Source: Parcubacteria group bacterium GW2011_GWA1_56_13 (GTDB lineage Bacteria > Patescibacteriota > Minisyncoccia > Phycocordibacterales > Phycocordibacteraceae). Taken from it: DNA of 64,000 nucleotides. Every line of letters starts with the position of its first letter. Positions within the stretch are counted from its first letter, which is position 1. The stretch is from assembly GCA_001004905.1 (NCBI GenBank), contig LCRY01000002.1, positions 115,577-179,576 of the forward strand, written 5' to 3'. Below are positions 46,398 to 58,097 of this stretch, in pieces. The position numbers and the translations under genes are program-made. The notes under the pieces are model-generated. The model was not told where the DNA came from. It saw only the letters and a list, made by a program, of their open reading frames with translations, and did not search any database.

Positions 46398-49172
46398 ATG
46401 GAGTCAACGCCGAAGTTGTCCACGCCCGAAGAGGAACTCGCGTATTTGCGCGAGCAAGTAACGCGTAAAGAGGCCGAGCTCGCCCTCCGACAGAGCTCAG
46501 AACAAGCCGGTGCGGAGCAGGCAACGATCATTTCGGAGACGGTTCGTGAACACCACGCGGCTCCCGCCGAGATACTCGCGCCGCAATACCGCATAAGCGA
46601 AGCGACGAAGAAGAGCGAAGCGGACGCGATACGCGCCGAACTCAACCTCGGCCGAAGCGAACAGGCGATACAGGGCCTCCAGCGGACGATGGAGGAAAAA
46701 GGGATAAAGAACGCGCTCGCAGTGCTTGAAAAGCTTCATGACCCGCACGTAACGGATGATTTTCATCGGTATCTCGTGCGCCATATCGCGGCAGGACTTC
46801 CGGCTCCCGGCGTTGATGAAAAAACACCCCGATTTCAGGCGCTCCGCATGACGCTGTACGAGATCGCCCTTCCAGGGGCAAAAAGCGTCGAAGCGCACGA
46901 GCGCGCAAAAACCCTGAAAGAGCTCATCTCCGGCATGGAGCAGTTCTATGCGGGACTTCTTTCGGTGAAAGACGCTTCGATGGGCGAGCCGCACTACTAT
47001 GCGCTTGAGCTCGCCGTGCCCGCCAACAGTCCCGAGCTCCAATTCTATGCGGCGGTGCCGAACGGGAAAAAGAATCTTTTTGAAAAGCAACTCCTTGCGG
47101 TATTTCCCGACGCGCATCTGGTGCCACAGACCTCCGATTACAATATCTTCGCTCCGGGCGGCACATCGCTCGCTTCCACCGCCCGTTTCGCGGAACATCC
47201 GGCACTCCCTTTAAAGGATTACACTGAGTTTGATTACGATCCGCTGAACACGATCACGAACGCATTCGCAAAAATAGAACAGGCGGGGGAGGGGGCGGCA
47301 CTCCAGATCATCATCGAGCCCCGCGCCGAGCGGCACGTGACGCATTATCGGAAAATACTTCACGCGCTTCGGAAGGGAGAGAAGCATACGGCGGCATTTT
47401 CGACGCCGGAGACGGCATTCGGCGAGATCGCGCGCGATATCGGCCGGACGCTCTTCCGGAGCAAGCCCAAAGACGAACAAAAGGCAAAAGAGGCCGAGAC
47501 GCGCCAGATCGAGGCGAACAAGACGCATATCGAGCAGGTGGAGAAAAAAATCGCCGCGCCCATCGTCGGTGCCACCATCCGGCTCGTTGCCTCCTCGAGC
47601 GATGCGCGTAAGGCGGAACAGGTGCTCGGCGAGCTCGAGGCGGCGTTCAATCAATTCGCCAATACGCAGGGAAATCGGCTCGAATTCGCACGCGCTACCC
47701 CGCGGCAGGCGCAGAGTGTTTTCGAGGATTTTTCCTTCCGCCTCCCGAATCTCTCTGCGCTCCCGCTCTCGCTTCGCGAGCTCACGACGCTCTACCATTT
47801 CCCGCCGTCGGGCATCGAAAGTTCGCCGCATTTGAGGCAGGCGCGCTTTACGCACGCCCCCGCGCCGCTTTCCTTACCGCATGCGGGCACTCTGCTTGGC
47901 GTGAACGTGTACCGCGGGGAGCGGACGGAGATCCGCATTGAACCGGAGGACCGCCTGCGCCATCTCTATATCATCGGTCAGACCGGCACCGGCAAGACGG
48001 GGCTCATGAAGTCAATGATCATCCAAGATATCGCCGCGGGCGAAGGATGCTGTTTCATTGACCCGCACGGCACCGACATTCTGGATATTCTCGCCTCTGT
48101 GCCGCCCGAACGTTACAAGGACGTCATTTATTTCGACCCCGCAGACCTGTCCCGCCCGTTCGGCCTCAACTTTCTGGAATACGACTTCTCGCGCCCGGAG
48201 CAGAAGACCTTCATCGTGAACGAGCTTCTGATGATATTTAAGCGGCTGTATGGCGACGTGCCGGAGAGCATGGGTCCGGCTTTCGAACAATACTTCCGCA
48301 ACGCGACCCAGCTCGTGATGGAAGACCCTGCGAGCGGTTCAACCATGCTCGACATTGCTCGCGTGCTTTCCAACGCAGAATTCCGGCGCCAGAAGCTTGC
48401 GAAAAGCATGAACCCAATCGTGAATCAGTTCTGGAACGAGATAGCGACGAAGGCCGGAGGCGAAGCGTCGCTCGAAAATATCGTGCCGTATATCACGAAC
48501 AAGTTCGACGACTTCACCGCGAACGACTTTATACGGCCCATCATCGGCCAGCAGGACTCGTCCTTCAAGTTCCGCGAGGTCATGGACACGAAGAAGATAC
48601 TGCTCGTCAATCTCTCCAAGGGACGCCTGGGTGAACGGAACGCGAACCTGCTCGGCCTCGTCATCGTGGGGAAGCTCTTCATGGCCGCGCTCTCTCGCGC
48701 CGACAATCCGCGCGCAGCGCATGCTCCGTTCTATCTCTACATAGACGAATTCCAGAACGTCACCACCGATTCTATTCCCGGAATCCTTTCGGAGGCACGC
48801 AAGTACAAGCTCGCTCTCACTCTTGCGCACCAGTTCCTCGCCCAGATAGAAGAGAGGGCGCGGGATGCCGTCTTCGGCAACGTTGGCAACATGGCGGTCT
48901 TCCGCGTTGGCGAAGAGGACGCTGAATTCTTCGCCAAGCAATTCGCGCCGGTCTTTGAGGCGCTCGATTTCGTCAATATCGAGAACCGCAGCGCATATAT
49001 GAGGATACTCGCGAAGGGCATTCCGCAGAAACCATTCGACCTAAGGACCGCCGATTTGCCCGCAGGAAATCCCACGCAAGTGGACGACCTTATCCAGCTT
49101 TCGTCACTCACGTACGGCCGCGACCATGCTACAGTTGAAAGCATGATACGAGAGCGTTATCTCTCGCATTAA
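46398..49172 (+). CDS. FtsK/HerA-superfamily ATPase of the VirB4/VirD4 (TraG) clade with a ~480-aa N-terminal domain of unknown function
   Basis: Walker A IIGQTGTGKTGLM and Walker B YLYIDEFQNV. Arg finger EARKYKLALTLAHQFLAQ (TraG-D_C-like Q motif). No TM helices. TATACT -10 7 nt before the ATG. Confidence 0.7.
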   Translation: MESTPKLSTPEEELAYLREQVTRKEAELALRQSSEQAGAEQATIISETVREHHAAPAEILAPQYRISEATKKSEADAIRAELNLGRSEQAIQGLQRTMEEKGIKNALAVLEKLHDPHVTDDFHRYLVRHIAAGLPAPGVDEKTPRFQALRMTLYEIALPGAKSVEAHERAKTLKELISGMEQFYAGLLSVKDASMGEPHYYALELAVPANSPELQFYAAVPNGKKNLFEKQLLAVFPDAHLVPQTSDYNIFAPGGTSLASTARFAEHPALPLKDYTEFDYDPLNTITNAFAKIEQAGEGAALQIIIEPRAERHVTHYRKILHALRKGEKHTAAFSTPETAFGEIARDIGRTLFRSKPKDEQKAKEAETRQIEANKTHIEQVEKKIAAPIVGATIRLVASSSDARKAEQVLGELEAAFNQFANTQGNRLEFARATPRQAQSVFEDFSFRLPNLSALPLSLRELTTLYHFPPSGIESSPHLRQARFTHAPAPLSLPHAGTLLGVNVYRGERTEIRIEPEDRLRHLYIIGQTGTGKTGLMKSMIIQDIAAGEGCCFIDPHGTDILDILASVPPERYKDVIYFDPADLSRPFGLNFLEYDFSRPEQKTFIVNELLMIFKRLYGDVPESMGPAFEQYFRNATQLVMEDPASGSTMLDIARVLSNAEFRRQKLAKSMNPIVNQFWNEIATKAGGEASLENIVPYITNKFDDFTANDFIRPIIGQQDSSFKFREVMDTKKILLVNLSKGRLGERNANLLGLVIVGKLFMAALSRADNPRAAHAPFYLYIDEFQNVTTDSIPGILSEARKYKLALTLAHQFLAQIEERARDAVFGNVGNMAVFRVGEEDAEFFAKQFAPVFEALDFVNIENRSAYMRILAKGIPQKPFDLRTADLPAGNPTQVDDLIQLSSLTYGRDHATVESMIRERYLSH

Positions 49173-49176
49173 ACCT

Positions 49177-51687
49177 ATGGCCAAACAAGAACGGCCCCCC
49201 CGTAAAATCAAAAGAGGACCCGAGATGTCTCCTGCTGCGCCTAAGACCACGGTGGGCATTGCTTTGGAAGAAGCGATTAAGAAAAATGGCGGTTGGCACC
49301 CGAATGGGTCCGAGGATGAGGCGCAGGCGGAAGCGGTACGGCGGTGGGAAAACGAAGGAGGAAGGATAGTCGAGGAGCCGAAAACGGAGAAGCGGGCAGA
49401 ACAAGCGTCGGAGAACATAGAGGAATTTCGAGACCTTATACATAAGGCGATAGAAAATCCGCCGGAAACGCCTGCACCGAACCGATTTTCAGGACCCGCA
49501 GAGGCTGCCTATCGTGAACTTGCTGAAATTACGAGAAGAGCAGGGGTTAAACCGGAAGATTTGGATGAAAAAGTGTGGAAGGGTGCTAACGCGGCGCTGG
49601 ATAAGGTCAAAAGATTCGCTCAATTGCGCTCTGAAACGCAGGATAAGGAGAAAATAAAGCAGCTAGATGAGCGGATTCGACAGGCGACCGCCAGTTTGGT
49701 AAGTAGAAAAATGAGAGAGAAAATTGAAAAAGCAGCGCGAGAGACTCTAGAAAAAGAAAAATCGAAAGTAAAAACCGAGGTGGCGGGTGCTACAGATGCA
49801 ACTACAAAGGTCAACTCTAAGGCGGAGTCTGAGGCGCCACATCCGGAAGAAGACGGCGGCGACGCGGTGCCGCCTGAGCAGTCGAAGGCAGAACGGGAGA
49901 ATCTCTACGAACTTTACACGAGAAAGCAGAGGGAAAATGCCGCACCTGCTGACTCGATAGCGGCGGAACCGGCAACTCCCAAGTCAGCAGAACAACTGCA
50001 AGCCGAAAACGAGATGCTGCGGAGAATAGGAAAAAAGCTTTCCGCTACAGAGATGAGGGAGCCGACACAAGAGGAAGTCGGACACATGGCTGTCAGTCCG
50101 GAAGATGTTCCGGAACACATCCGGGAACGTCTCGCCGCCGAGGGCACGAGAAGCGAGATGGTCGAGCGTCTGAAAGGCGTAGTCCGAAGCGCGCAAGGGA
50201 AGCTGTACGAAGCGGGTGTTGCGGCGCAGGAAAAAATCGCGTGGTGGAAGAGCTCCGAAGAGCATCTTGTCCGGCGCTCGGCGGAATTGGATGCCGAGGC
50301 GGCGGAGATTGGCTGGGTGGAAAGCGAGTTCAGGAAATGGGGCGAGCGCTATAACAAAGTCGGCTGGAAGACGAAACTCGCTGTAGGCCTTGCTCTTGGT
50401 ATCGGAGCAGGACTTTCCGCACCTGTCTCGATGCCTATGGCCGCTGCTTGCCTGTTTGGCGTCGCAGCCCAGCGCATCCTCGGTCTCTCGACGATGTATC
50501 TGAAATACGAGAAGGTATTCCAAGATCAAAAATGGGGGAAGGAGCGTGCCATGCTGAATGCAATTGGATATTCCGCCCTCATGACCGCGGGCACGATGTA
50601 CGCGGTACAAAAAATCAGCGATGCCGACATAGTCAGCCGCGTCCGCGAATGGCTTGCCGATAAGCTGGGACACCAGACGCCGCCGAGGCCGGAAGTATCG
50701 CAGCCGATGGTTACAACGGGTACGGGTCCCGGTGCAGAGATACCGCCGCTCACCGTCCATGCGGCGCCCGGGCAAGGTTACGAGTACATGCTGCAGCGGA
50801 TGTGGGAACAGTTGCAGGACAAGGGCCTCGACCCGAACCGGTATCCCGAAGGCAGCGATATTCGGCAGCTGCTTGAAACGGCGCCGCAAGATATCGACAA
50901 GGTCGTGCATCAGCTTGCGAGCGACCCGAGCCATGGCTTCTTCAGGCCCGACGGCACAAGCGCGCCCATCGGAAAAGGCGATATTCTGGCGTTCAACACG
51001 GGCGGCCAGATACTGCACATAAACCCCGAAGGCGTGGCCGGCGTTCACGCGGCTATCGAAGCGCCTGTGCCGGTCTACCATCCGGAAGTTCCTACTCCCG
51101 CGTCCGCAGTGCCGCTTCCCGAACAGGTCGTCCCCGCGCAAGATCCGGTAGCGAACATAGACCTCACTCCCGGCCAACAGGCAGTACAAGAAGGAACGCA
51201 GGCCGCGGTCACCGCGGCCCCGCCCCCTGAAGCGATGCCGCGAGAGCCCGAACACATACTCTTGCGCGACAGCTCCGGCAACCCGGTCACCGACAGCTCC
51301 GGGAACCCGGTCCGCTCGCAATTCCCCGAACACGCCGCATCCATTGAGGCGCCTATTGCGAACGCCGAGGTCGTCTCAAATCAGTTCGGTCTCGCGATAC
51401 CGGTCACCGAACCGCATATCTACGGTGACGAGGGCGGACAGCAGATACTTGTGTACGGCGGGACGCCGCAAGAGCAGCTGAAGGCGATGCAGGACTTTCT
51501 CATAAAAAATCCGGGCAAAGTCGTTTTCGGCACCGATCCTTCCGGGAAATACCGCATTCCCTGGGGGCTCGTGGAAGGGGAATTATCGCCTATCGGCCAG
51601 CCAGTGCGCACGAGCGGCTTCTTCGGATTCTTTTCGTCCTTTATGGAAGCGCCCGGAGCGGATGAACTAAAGCAGCTTATTAAATAA
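49177..51687 (+). CDS. Large hypothetical membrane protein (836 aa): charged coiled-coil N-terminus, 3 central TM helices, Pro-rich C-terminus
   Basis: Coding-like composition with a purine-rich 5' part. TM segments LAVGLALGIGAGL, AAACLFGVAAQRIL, AIGYSALMTAGTMYAV. 4-nt gap after the ATPase gene. Confidence 0.55.
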   Translation: MAKQERPPRKIKRGPEMSPAAPKTTVGIALEEAIKKNGGWHPNGSEDEAQAEAVRRWENEGGRIVEEPKTEKRAEQASENIEEFRDLIHKAIENPPETPAPNRFSGPAEAAYRELAEITRRAGVKPEDLDEKVWKGANAALDKVKRFAQLRSETQDKEKIKQLDERIRQATASLVSRKMREKIEKAARETLEKEKSKVKTEVAGATDATTKVNSKAESEAPHPEEDGGDAVPPEQSKAERENLYELYTRKQRENAAPADSIAAEPATPKSAEQLQAENEMLRRIGKKLSATEMREPTQEEVGHMAVSPEDVPEHIRERLAAEGTRSEMVERLKGVVRSAQGKLYEAGVAAQEKIAWWKSSEEHLVRRSAELDAEAAEIGWVESEFRKWGERYNKVGWKTKLAVGLALGIGAGLSAPVSMPMAAACLFGVAAQRILGLSTMYLKYEKVFQDQKWGKERAMLNAIGYSALMTAGTMYAVQKISDADIVSRVREWLADKLGHQTPPRPEVSQPMVTTGTGPGAEIPPLTVHAAPGQGYEYMLQRMWEQLQDKGLDPNRYPEGSDIRQLLETAPQDIDKVVHQLASDPSHGFFRPDGTSAPIGKGDILAFNTGGQILHINPEGVAGVHAAIEAPVPVYHPEVPTPASAVPLPEQVVPAQDPVANIDLTPGQQAVQEGTQAAVTAAPPPEAMPREPEHILLRDSSGNPVTDSSGNPVRSQFPEHAASIEAPIANAEVVSNQFGLAIPVTEPHIYGDEGGQQILVYGGTPQEQLKAMQDFLIKNPGKVVFGTDPSGKYRIPWGLVEGELSPIGQPVRTSGFFGFFSSFMEAPGADELKQLIK

Positions 51688-51695
51688 CGCATGCT

Positions 51696-52028
51696 ATGAT
51701 GACACCCATGCAGGATGAACTGACCGCCGCTATCGCCGCCGAACTCGGGATAGCGGGGCTTCCGAAGGAGCAGCAACAGACCTTGATAGGGGAGTTCGGC
51801 GAGGTCGCGCTCAAAGCCGCGACCTTGTCGGTCGTCGGCAAGCTTGCTCCGGAAAAGCGTGATGAGTTCGGGAAACTCGCGCAGGCGGGCGACGCAGGAG
51901 CGGTCAAAGCGTTCCTCGATAGGGAAGTCCCGGGCCATGAGGAAACTGCAAAAGCGGCTGTCGCCGAGGAGGTGAAGCGCTTTAAGGCCTTCCAGGTCGC
52001 AGATACTGACGCAGGAAGTACGCCGTAG
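51696..52028 (+). CDS. Small hypothetical protein (110 aa, Ala/Glu-rich)
   Basis: 8-nt gap after the preceding gene and internally repetitive helical pattern; no known motif. Confidence 0.4.
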   Translation: MMTPMQDELTAAIAAELGIAGLPKEQQQTLIGEFGEVALKAATLSVVGKLAPEKRDEFGKLAQAGDAGAVKAFLDREVPGHEETAKAAVAEEVKRFKAFQVADTDAGSTP

Positions 52029-52058
52029 TATACTTGCGCCATTAACCATTACCATACT

Positions 52059-52568
52059 ATGCAACCAACCCAAACCGGCATCGCAGTCGCACTTGCACTT
52101 GTCGTCGTTTCATTATTCTTTATCGTTCCCGGTCTTTGGCCATTCGGAGCAGTGACCGCTTCGAACGAAGCGGTTCTCGGAGCCAGCACGGAAACGGAAA
52201 CCACAACTACCATGCCAACCGAACCCGTGACAGAACTTATGGTGAAGGATGAGACCGTCGGCAGCGGCGCCGTTGCCGCCGTCGGAGACACCGTGACGGT
52301 GAATTATGTCGGCTCGCTTACGAACGGCACCGTCTTTGACGCTTCCGCGAACCACGGTTCCGCCGGCTTCACGTTCACGCTCGGAGCGGGACAGGTCATC
52401 AAGGGTTGGGACCAGGGTATCGCCGGCATGAAAGAGGGAGGGAAGCGCGTGCTCATTATTCCCGCGTCGCTCGCGTACGGCTCACAAGCGGTCGGGGATG
52501 CCATTCCGGCAAATTCCACCCTCGTTTTTGAAGTGGAACTCTTGAAGGTGCAGAAAGCGGCTCGATAG
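52059..52568 (+). CDS. FKBP-type peptidyl-prolyl cis-trans isomerase with N-terminal TM anchor
   Basis: FKBP core GDTVTVNYVGSLTNGTVFDAS...FTLGAGQVIKGWDQGI...LVFEVELL. Confidence 0.8.
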   Translation: MQPTQTGIAVALALVVVSLFFIVPGLWPFGAVTASNEAVLGASTETETTTTMPTEPVTELMVKDETVGSGAVAAVGDTVTVNYVGSLTNGTVFDASANHGSAGFTFTLGAGQVIKGWDQGIAGMKEGGKRVLIIPASLAYGSQAVGDAIPANSTLVFEVELLKVQKAAR

Positions 52569-52572
52569 AGAG

Positions 52573-52605
52573 CAAAAAAATAAAAAAGCGGGCCTTGACG
52601 CCCGC
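52573..52605 (-). terminator. Intrinsic terminator of the lipoprotein gene (gcgggc/gcccgc stem, long T-run on minus strand)
   Basis: The A15-rich tract on plus (52574-52587) becomes a U-tract after the hairpin on the minus transcript. Confidence 0.5.
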
Positions 52606-52607
52606 GC

Positions 52608-53132
52608 CTACTGTCTGAGCACCCGCACCGAGGACATGAAGTTTGCCATCATGTTCTGGGAACAGTTCTCGAAACTGTACTTCTTGGAGCCGATGGAGCG
52701 GATGCCGGTGCCGACTCCCGAGGCAGCCGCCACCGTGCCGACGTACTCGGCGTACTCGTCCGGGATGGCGCGCGGGAATGCGTGCGCGCCGATTCCAGCG
52801 CCGATATACCCGAGGACGCCGTAGAGCGCCCCGTCAGAGACGACGGCGACCAGATTGCTCGGGTGGGTCGCGTCGGCGTAGATCCGGCATACGCGTTCCC
52901 CTTCGGCGATCGCGGCGAGCTGGTTTTGCGTCACCTCGCCCTTGACGAAGAAATTCATCGCCAACGCATCACCGTCGAGCATCCAGTTCGGGACCTGCTG
53001 GTCGTGGACCACCATCGTCCCGTTCTGGCCGTTTATATTAAACGGCACGCGTATGACCTTCCCGGGTCCGGCACACGCGCCGAGCAGCATACCGGTCGCC
53101 AAAATGGCGATCACCTTCAACTTTTTTCTCAT
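52608..53132 (-). CDS. Putative lipoprotein (hypothetical)
   Basis: MRKKLKVIAILATGMLLGAC: lipobox-like LGAC with Cys+1. Confidence 0.5.
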   Translation of the reverse strand: MRKKLKVIAILATGMLLGACAGPGKVIRVPFNINGQNGTMVVHDQQVPNWMLDGDALAMNFFVKGEVTQNQLAAIAEGERVCRIYADATHPSNLVAVVSDGALYGVLGYIGAGIGAHAFPRAIPDEYAEYVGTVAAASGVGTGIRSIGSKKYSFENCSQNMMANFMSSVRVLRQ

Positions 53133-53246
53133 CCCAAAGACCTCCATTTCGGGACCAGCTCACAATGAGCCAGCCAACCGCTGAAACCATCTTACTCCAT
53201 TATTATGATTTGTCAATATATAGCGAATGCGGTACCGTGGCAGACA

Positions 53247-54464
53247 ATGAGCTCAATTCATTTCGCTGTCGAACAACGCGCGCCAATGGGCGGCGCGCGC
53301 GTAGGGACCCTCACCACGCCGCACGGCGTCATCCGGACGCCCACGTTCGCGCCAGTCGGAACGAAAGCGACCGTGAAGGGCATTTTACCCGAACAACTAA
53401 AAGCGCTCGGCGCCGAAGTGGTGCTTGCGAACACCTATCATCTCTACCTTCAGCCGGGCGAAACAATCGTGCGGGACGCCGGCGGACTCGGGAAATTCAT
53501 GGGCTGGACAGGTCCGACCATGACCGATTCGGGCGGCTTTCAGGTGTTCTCGCTCGGTGCCGCGTTCGGGAAAACCGTCTCGAAGTTCGTGAAGGAGGAT
53601 ACTCCGGCGGAAGAGTCGCTCGCCGTATACGACGAAAGCGTCGCAAGCCAGCATGGTCAGCTCGCAATCATTGACGACGAGGGCGTCTCCTTCACCTCGC
53701 ATCTCGACGGCTCGTTGCACCGCTTCACGCCGGAGCGGTCGGTCGAGATACAGCACGCGCTCGGCGCGGACATATTCTTCGCGTTCGACGAGTGCACATC
53801 GCCCACCGAACCATATGCATATCAAAAAGAGGCGATGGAACGCACGCATCGGTGGGCCGAGCGTAGTTTGAAGGCGCACCGGCAGAACCTCGATGCCGCG
53901 AAGCGTCAGGCCATCTTCGGCATCGTGCAGGGCGGCCGCCACGAGGACCTGCGAAGCGTATCCGCCAGCGAGATCTCATCGCTCGGATTCGATGGTATCG
54001 GCATCGGCGGCTCATTCAGCAAAGAAGACATGCGCGGCGCCCTTTCTGCCGCGGTTGCCGAACTTCCCGAGGAACTGCCTCGGCACTTTCTGGGCATCGG
54101 CGAGCCGGGCGATATTCTGGAAGGCATTGCGAACGGGATGGACCTTTTCGACTGCGTCGCGCCGACGCGGCTCGGCCGCCACGGCTCCATCTATACGAAA
54201 CACGGGCTCATCCATCTCAAGGGCGAACAATATCGCAGCGATTTTTCGCCACTTGATCCTGAGACGCCCGTCATTGGCGTGGAAGGATTCACGCGCGCCT
54301 ATGTTGCGCACCTCATTCGTGCCAAGGAAATGCTCGGCGCCGTCATCGCGTCCATGCACAATGTCGGCTTCATCCTCAACCTCGTTGCTGGCGCGCGCGA
54401 GGCCATTTGCAACGGCAATTTCGACGCATACCGAACAGAGTTCATTGCTCAATACCGGAAATAG
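53247..54464 (+). CDS. tgt: Queuine tRNA-ribosyltransferase
   Basis: GVIRTPTFAPVGT, LANTYHL, FDCVAPTRLGRHG TGT motifs. The C-terminal CxCxxC zinc-site position reads PVIGVEG (see findings). Confidence 0.88.
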   Translation: MSSIHFAVEQRAPMGGARVGTLTTPHGVIRTPTFAPVGTKATVKGILPEQLKALGAEVVLANTYHLYLQPGETIVRDAGGLGKFMGWTGPTMTDSGGFQVFSLGAAFGKTVSKFVKEDTPAEESLAVYDESVASQHGQLAIIDDEGVSFTSHLDGSLHRFTPERSVEIQHALGADIFFAFDECTSPTEPYAYQKEAMERTHRWAERSLKAHRQNLDAAKRQAIFGIVQGGRHEDLRSVSASEISSLGFDGIGIGGSFSKEDMRGALSAAVAELPEELPRHFLGIGEPGDILEGIANGMDLFDCVAPTRLGRHGSIYTKHGLIHLKGEQYRSDFSPLDPETPVIGVEGFTRAYVAHLIRAKEMLGAVIASMHNVGFILNLVAGAREAICNGNFDAYRTEFIAQYRK

Positions 54465-54506
54465 GCAACGGCCTGCATTTTGCAGGCCGCCCGTTTCGCC
54501 CCGGCG

Positions 54507-54710
54507 TCATTTGACCGCTGCGAGAAGCATTTCCTCCGCTTTTTCGCGCGGCACATTGAGAGCGAGCATGACACCCGCTACAGCTAGCCCATACAATTCA
54601 TGCGTATGGGCCTTGCCAAGCGGCTCGAATGCCGCGCCGGAAGTCGTCATGTAGTGGACACGACGGGCGACCTTTTCCTTGCTTGAGATCGATGCGGCAG
54701 TTACGGACAT
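54507..54710 (-). CDS. Hypothetical small protein (67 aa)
   Basis: Only ORF in the tgt-uvrB gap; weak support. Confidence 0.2.
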   Translation of the reverse strand: MSVTAASISSKEKVARRVHYMTTSGAAFEPLGKAHTHELYGLAVAGVMLALNVPREKAEEMLLAAVK

Positions 54711-54781
54711 ACACCCTCCCTTTCAGTATGTGTGCGAGGTGACCGCTTATACAGTATAGTGTAGAGTCCTTATGTCAAGGT

Positions 54782-56860
<2,079 letters not shown>

Positions 56861-56957
56861 GCTCGCGGCACTTCGGCCTAATCCCTGTCCACACTGGGCC
56901 GATGGACCTCGATAGCGCCGCGACGCCCATGCGCTACAATTGACGCAGTATTAATAT

Positions 56958-57448
56958 ATGCAAATTTCCTCACAAGAGCTGGCCCGATCACTTAAGATAC
57001 TCATCCTCGCGCTCGTTCTCGCTATTGCTCTTTCCGTCGGAACGGCATACGTTCGCGCATGGACAGGACCCACCGGCACCGCACCCTCCAACAACACGGC
57101 CCCGCCGATAAACACGAGCGCCACGGCACAGACGAAGGCGGGAGGTATCAATTTTCAGAACTACGCCCACTTCACCGGCTACGGCACCGATTCCTGGTCT
57201 ATCTCGACCCAAATAACACCAATAGGATGAATTACGTGGTGGCGGACAATCTCTACGTATACGGCACCGTCCGCGGCGGCAGTTATGGATTTGGAGGGAT
57301 GTACGTAGACGTAGATGGTTACTGCACTGGCATAAACGGCAGGGTCCTCAACCCATTTACGGGATGGTGTAGCTGTCCAGCAGGTTTTACTAGCGCGCTT
57401 CTTAACGTCAATCAGGGAAATAATCTTATCTATTATTGCTATAAGTGA
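56958..57448 (+). pseudogene. Frameshifted paralog of the secreted Cys-rich protein 58098-58616
   Basis: Frame 1 (56958-57230) matches paralog residues 1-70 (AWTGPTGTAPSNNTAPPINTSATAQTK). Homology continues in the -1 frame from ~57194 (LVYLDPNNTNRMNYVVADNLYVYG vs YYLDPNGTSRVGQANADNTYTYG) to the stop at 57448. Confidence 0.5.
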
Positions 57449-57567
57449 TTGAAGTCGGGTGTTCGTGAAATTTCAGGACGCTTTCGCGCCTATTCTTATC
57501 CACACAGTGACGATATGGTCGACACTGTAAGGGTATACAATTGAGCGCAGTGCAACCACCGTCCACC

Positions 57568-58095
57568 ATGAGAAAGGCGTTGCCGTTCGTCTTTATAGTC
57601 ATCGCTGTCGCTGCGGGGTGGCAGCTGGGCCGCTGGCAGGCCCTTGAATCGGCAAAAGCGCGCCTTGCGGCGTATCAGTTGCTGCCCGTTCCATTAGATT
57701 CTAAGAACGTTTTCGGCACCATCGCCGACATTGACGGAAGCACGCTTTCCATTCGCACCTCATACACGAATCCGCTCGAGGATGCGGCGAACATAGTCAG
57801 TGTTGCCATTACCGATTCCACGACTATTGAGGGAGTTGAGATGAAAACCCAGAAAGTGTTCGATGCCGAGATTCAGAATTTTGCAAAAACCGCAAAAACA
57901 AGTTCTACAACGCCATTATCACCACCCGAGCCGTTCTTGCGACAGGCGCTCAAAGCGTCCGACCTACTTGTTGGTCAGTCCGTATCGGTGATTACGGCGG
58001 AAAACGCGGTAGGCGCGCGGCGCGTCACGGCGGTCTCGATACTCGTCAGTGCGCAGCCACCCACTGCGGCCACGTCCACGACTAAGTCGGATTAG
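57568..58095 (+). CDS. Membrane-anchored hypothetical protein
   Basis: Start MRKALPFVFIVIAVAAGW (TM). Sits between the two Cys-rich paralogs; 2-nt gap to the next gene. Confidence 0.4.
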   Translation: MRKALPFVFIVIAVAAGWQLGRWQALESAKARLAAYQLLPVPLDSKNVFGTIADIDGSTLSIRTSYTNPLEDAANIVSVAITDSTTIEGVEMKTQKVFDAEIQNFAKTAKTSSTTPLSPPEPFLRQALKASDLLVGQSVSVITAENAVGARRVTAVSILVSAQPPTAATSTTKSD

Positions 58096-58097
58096 CC

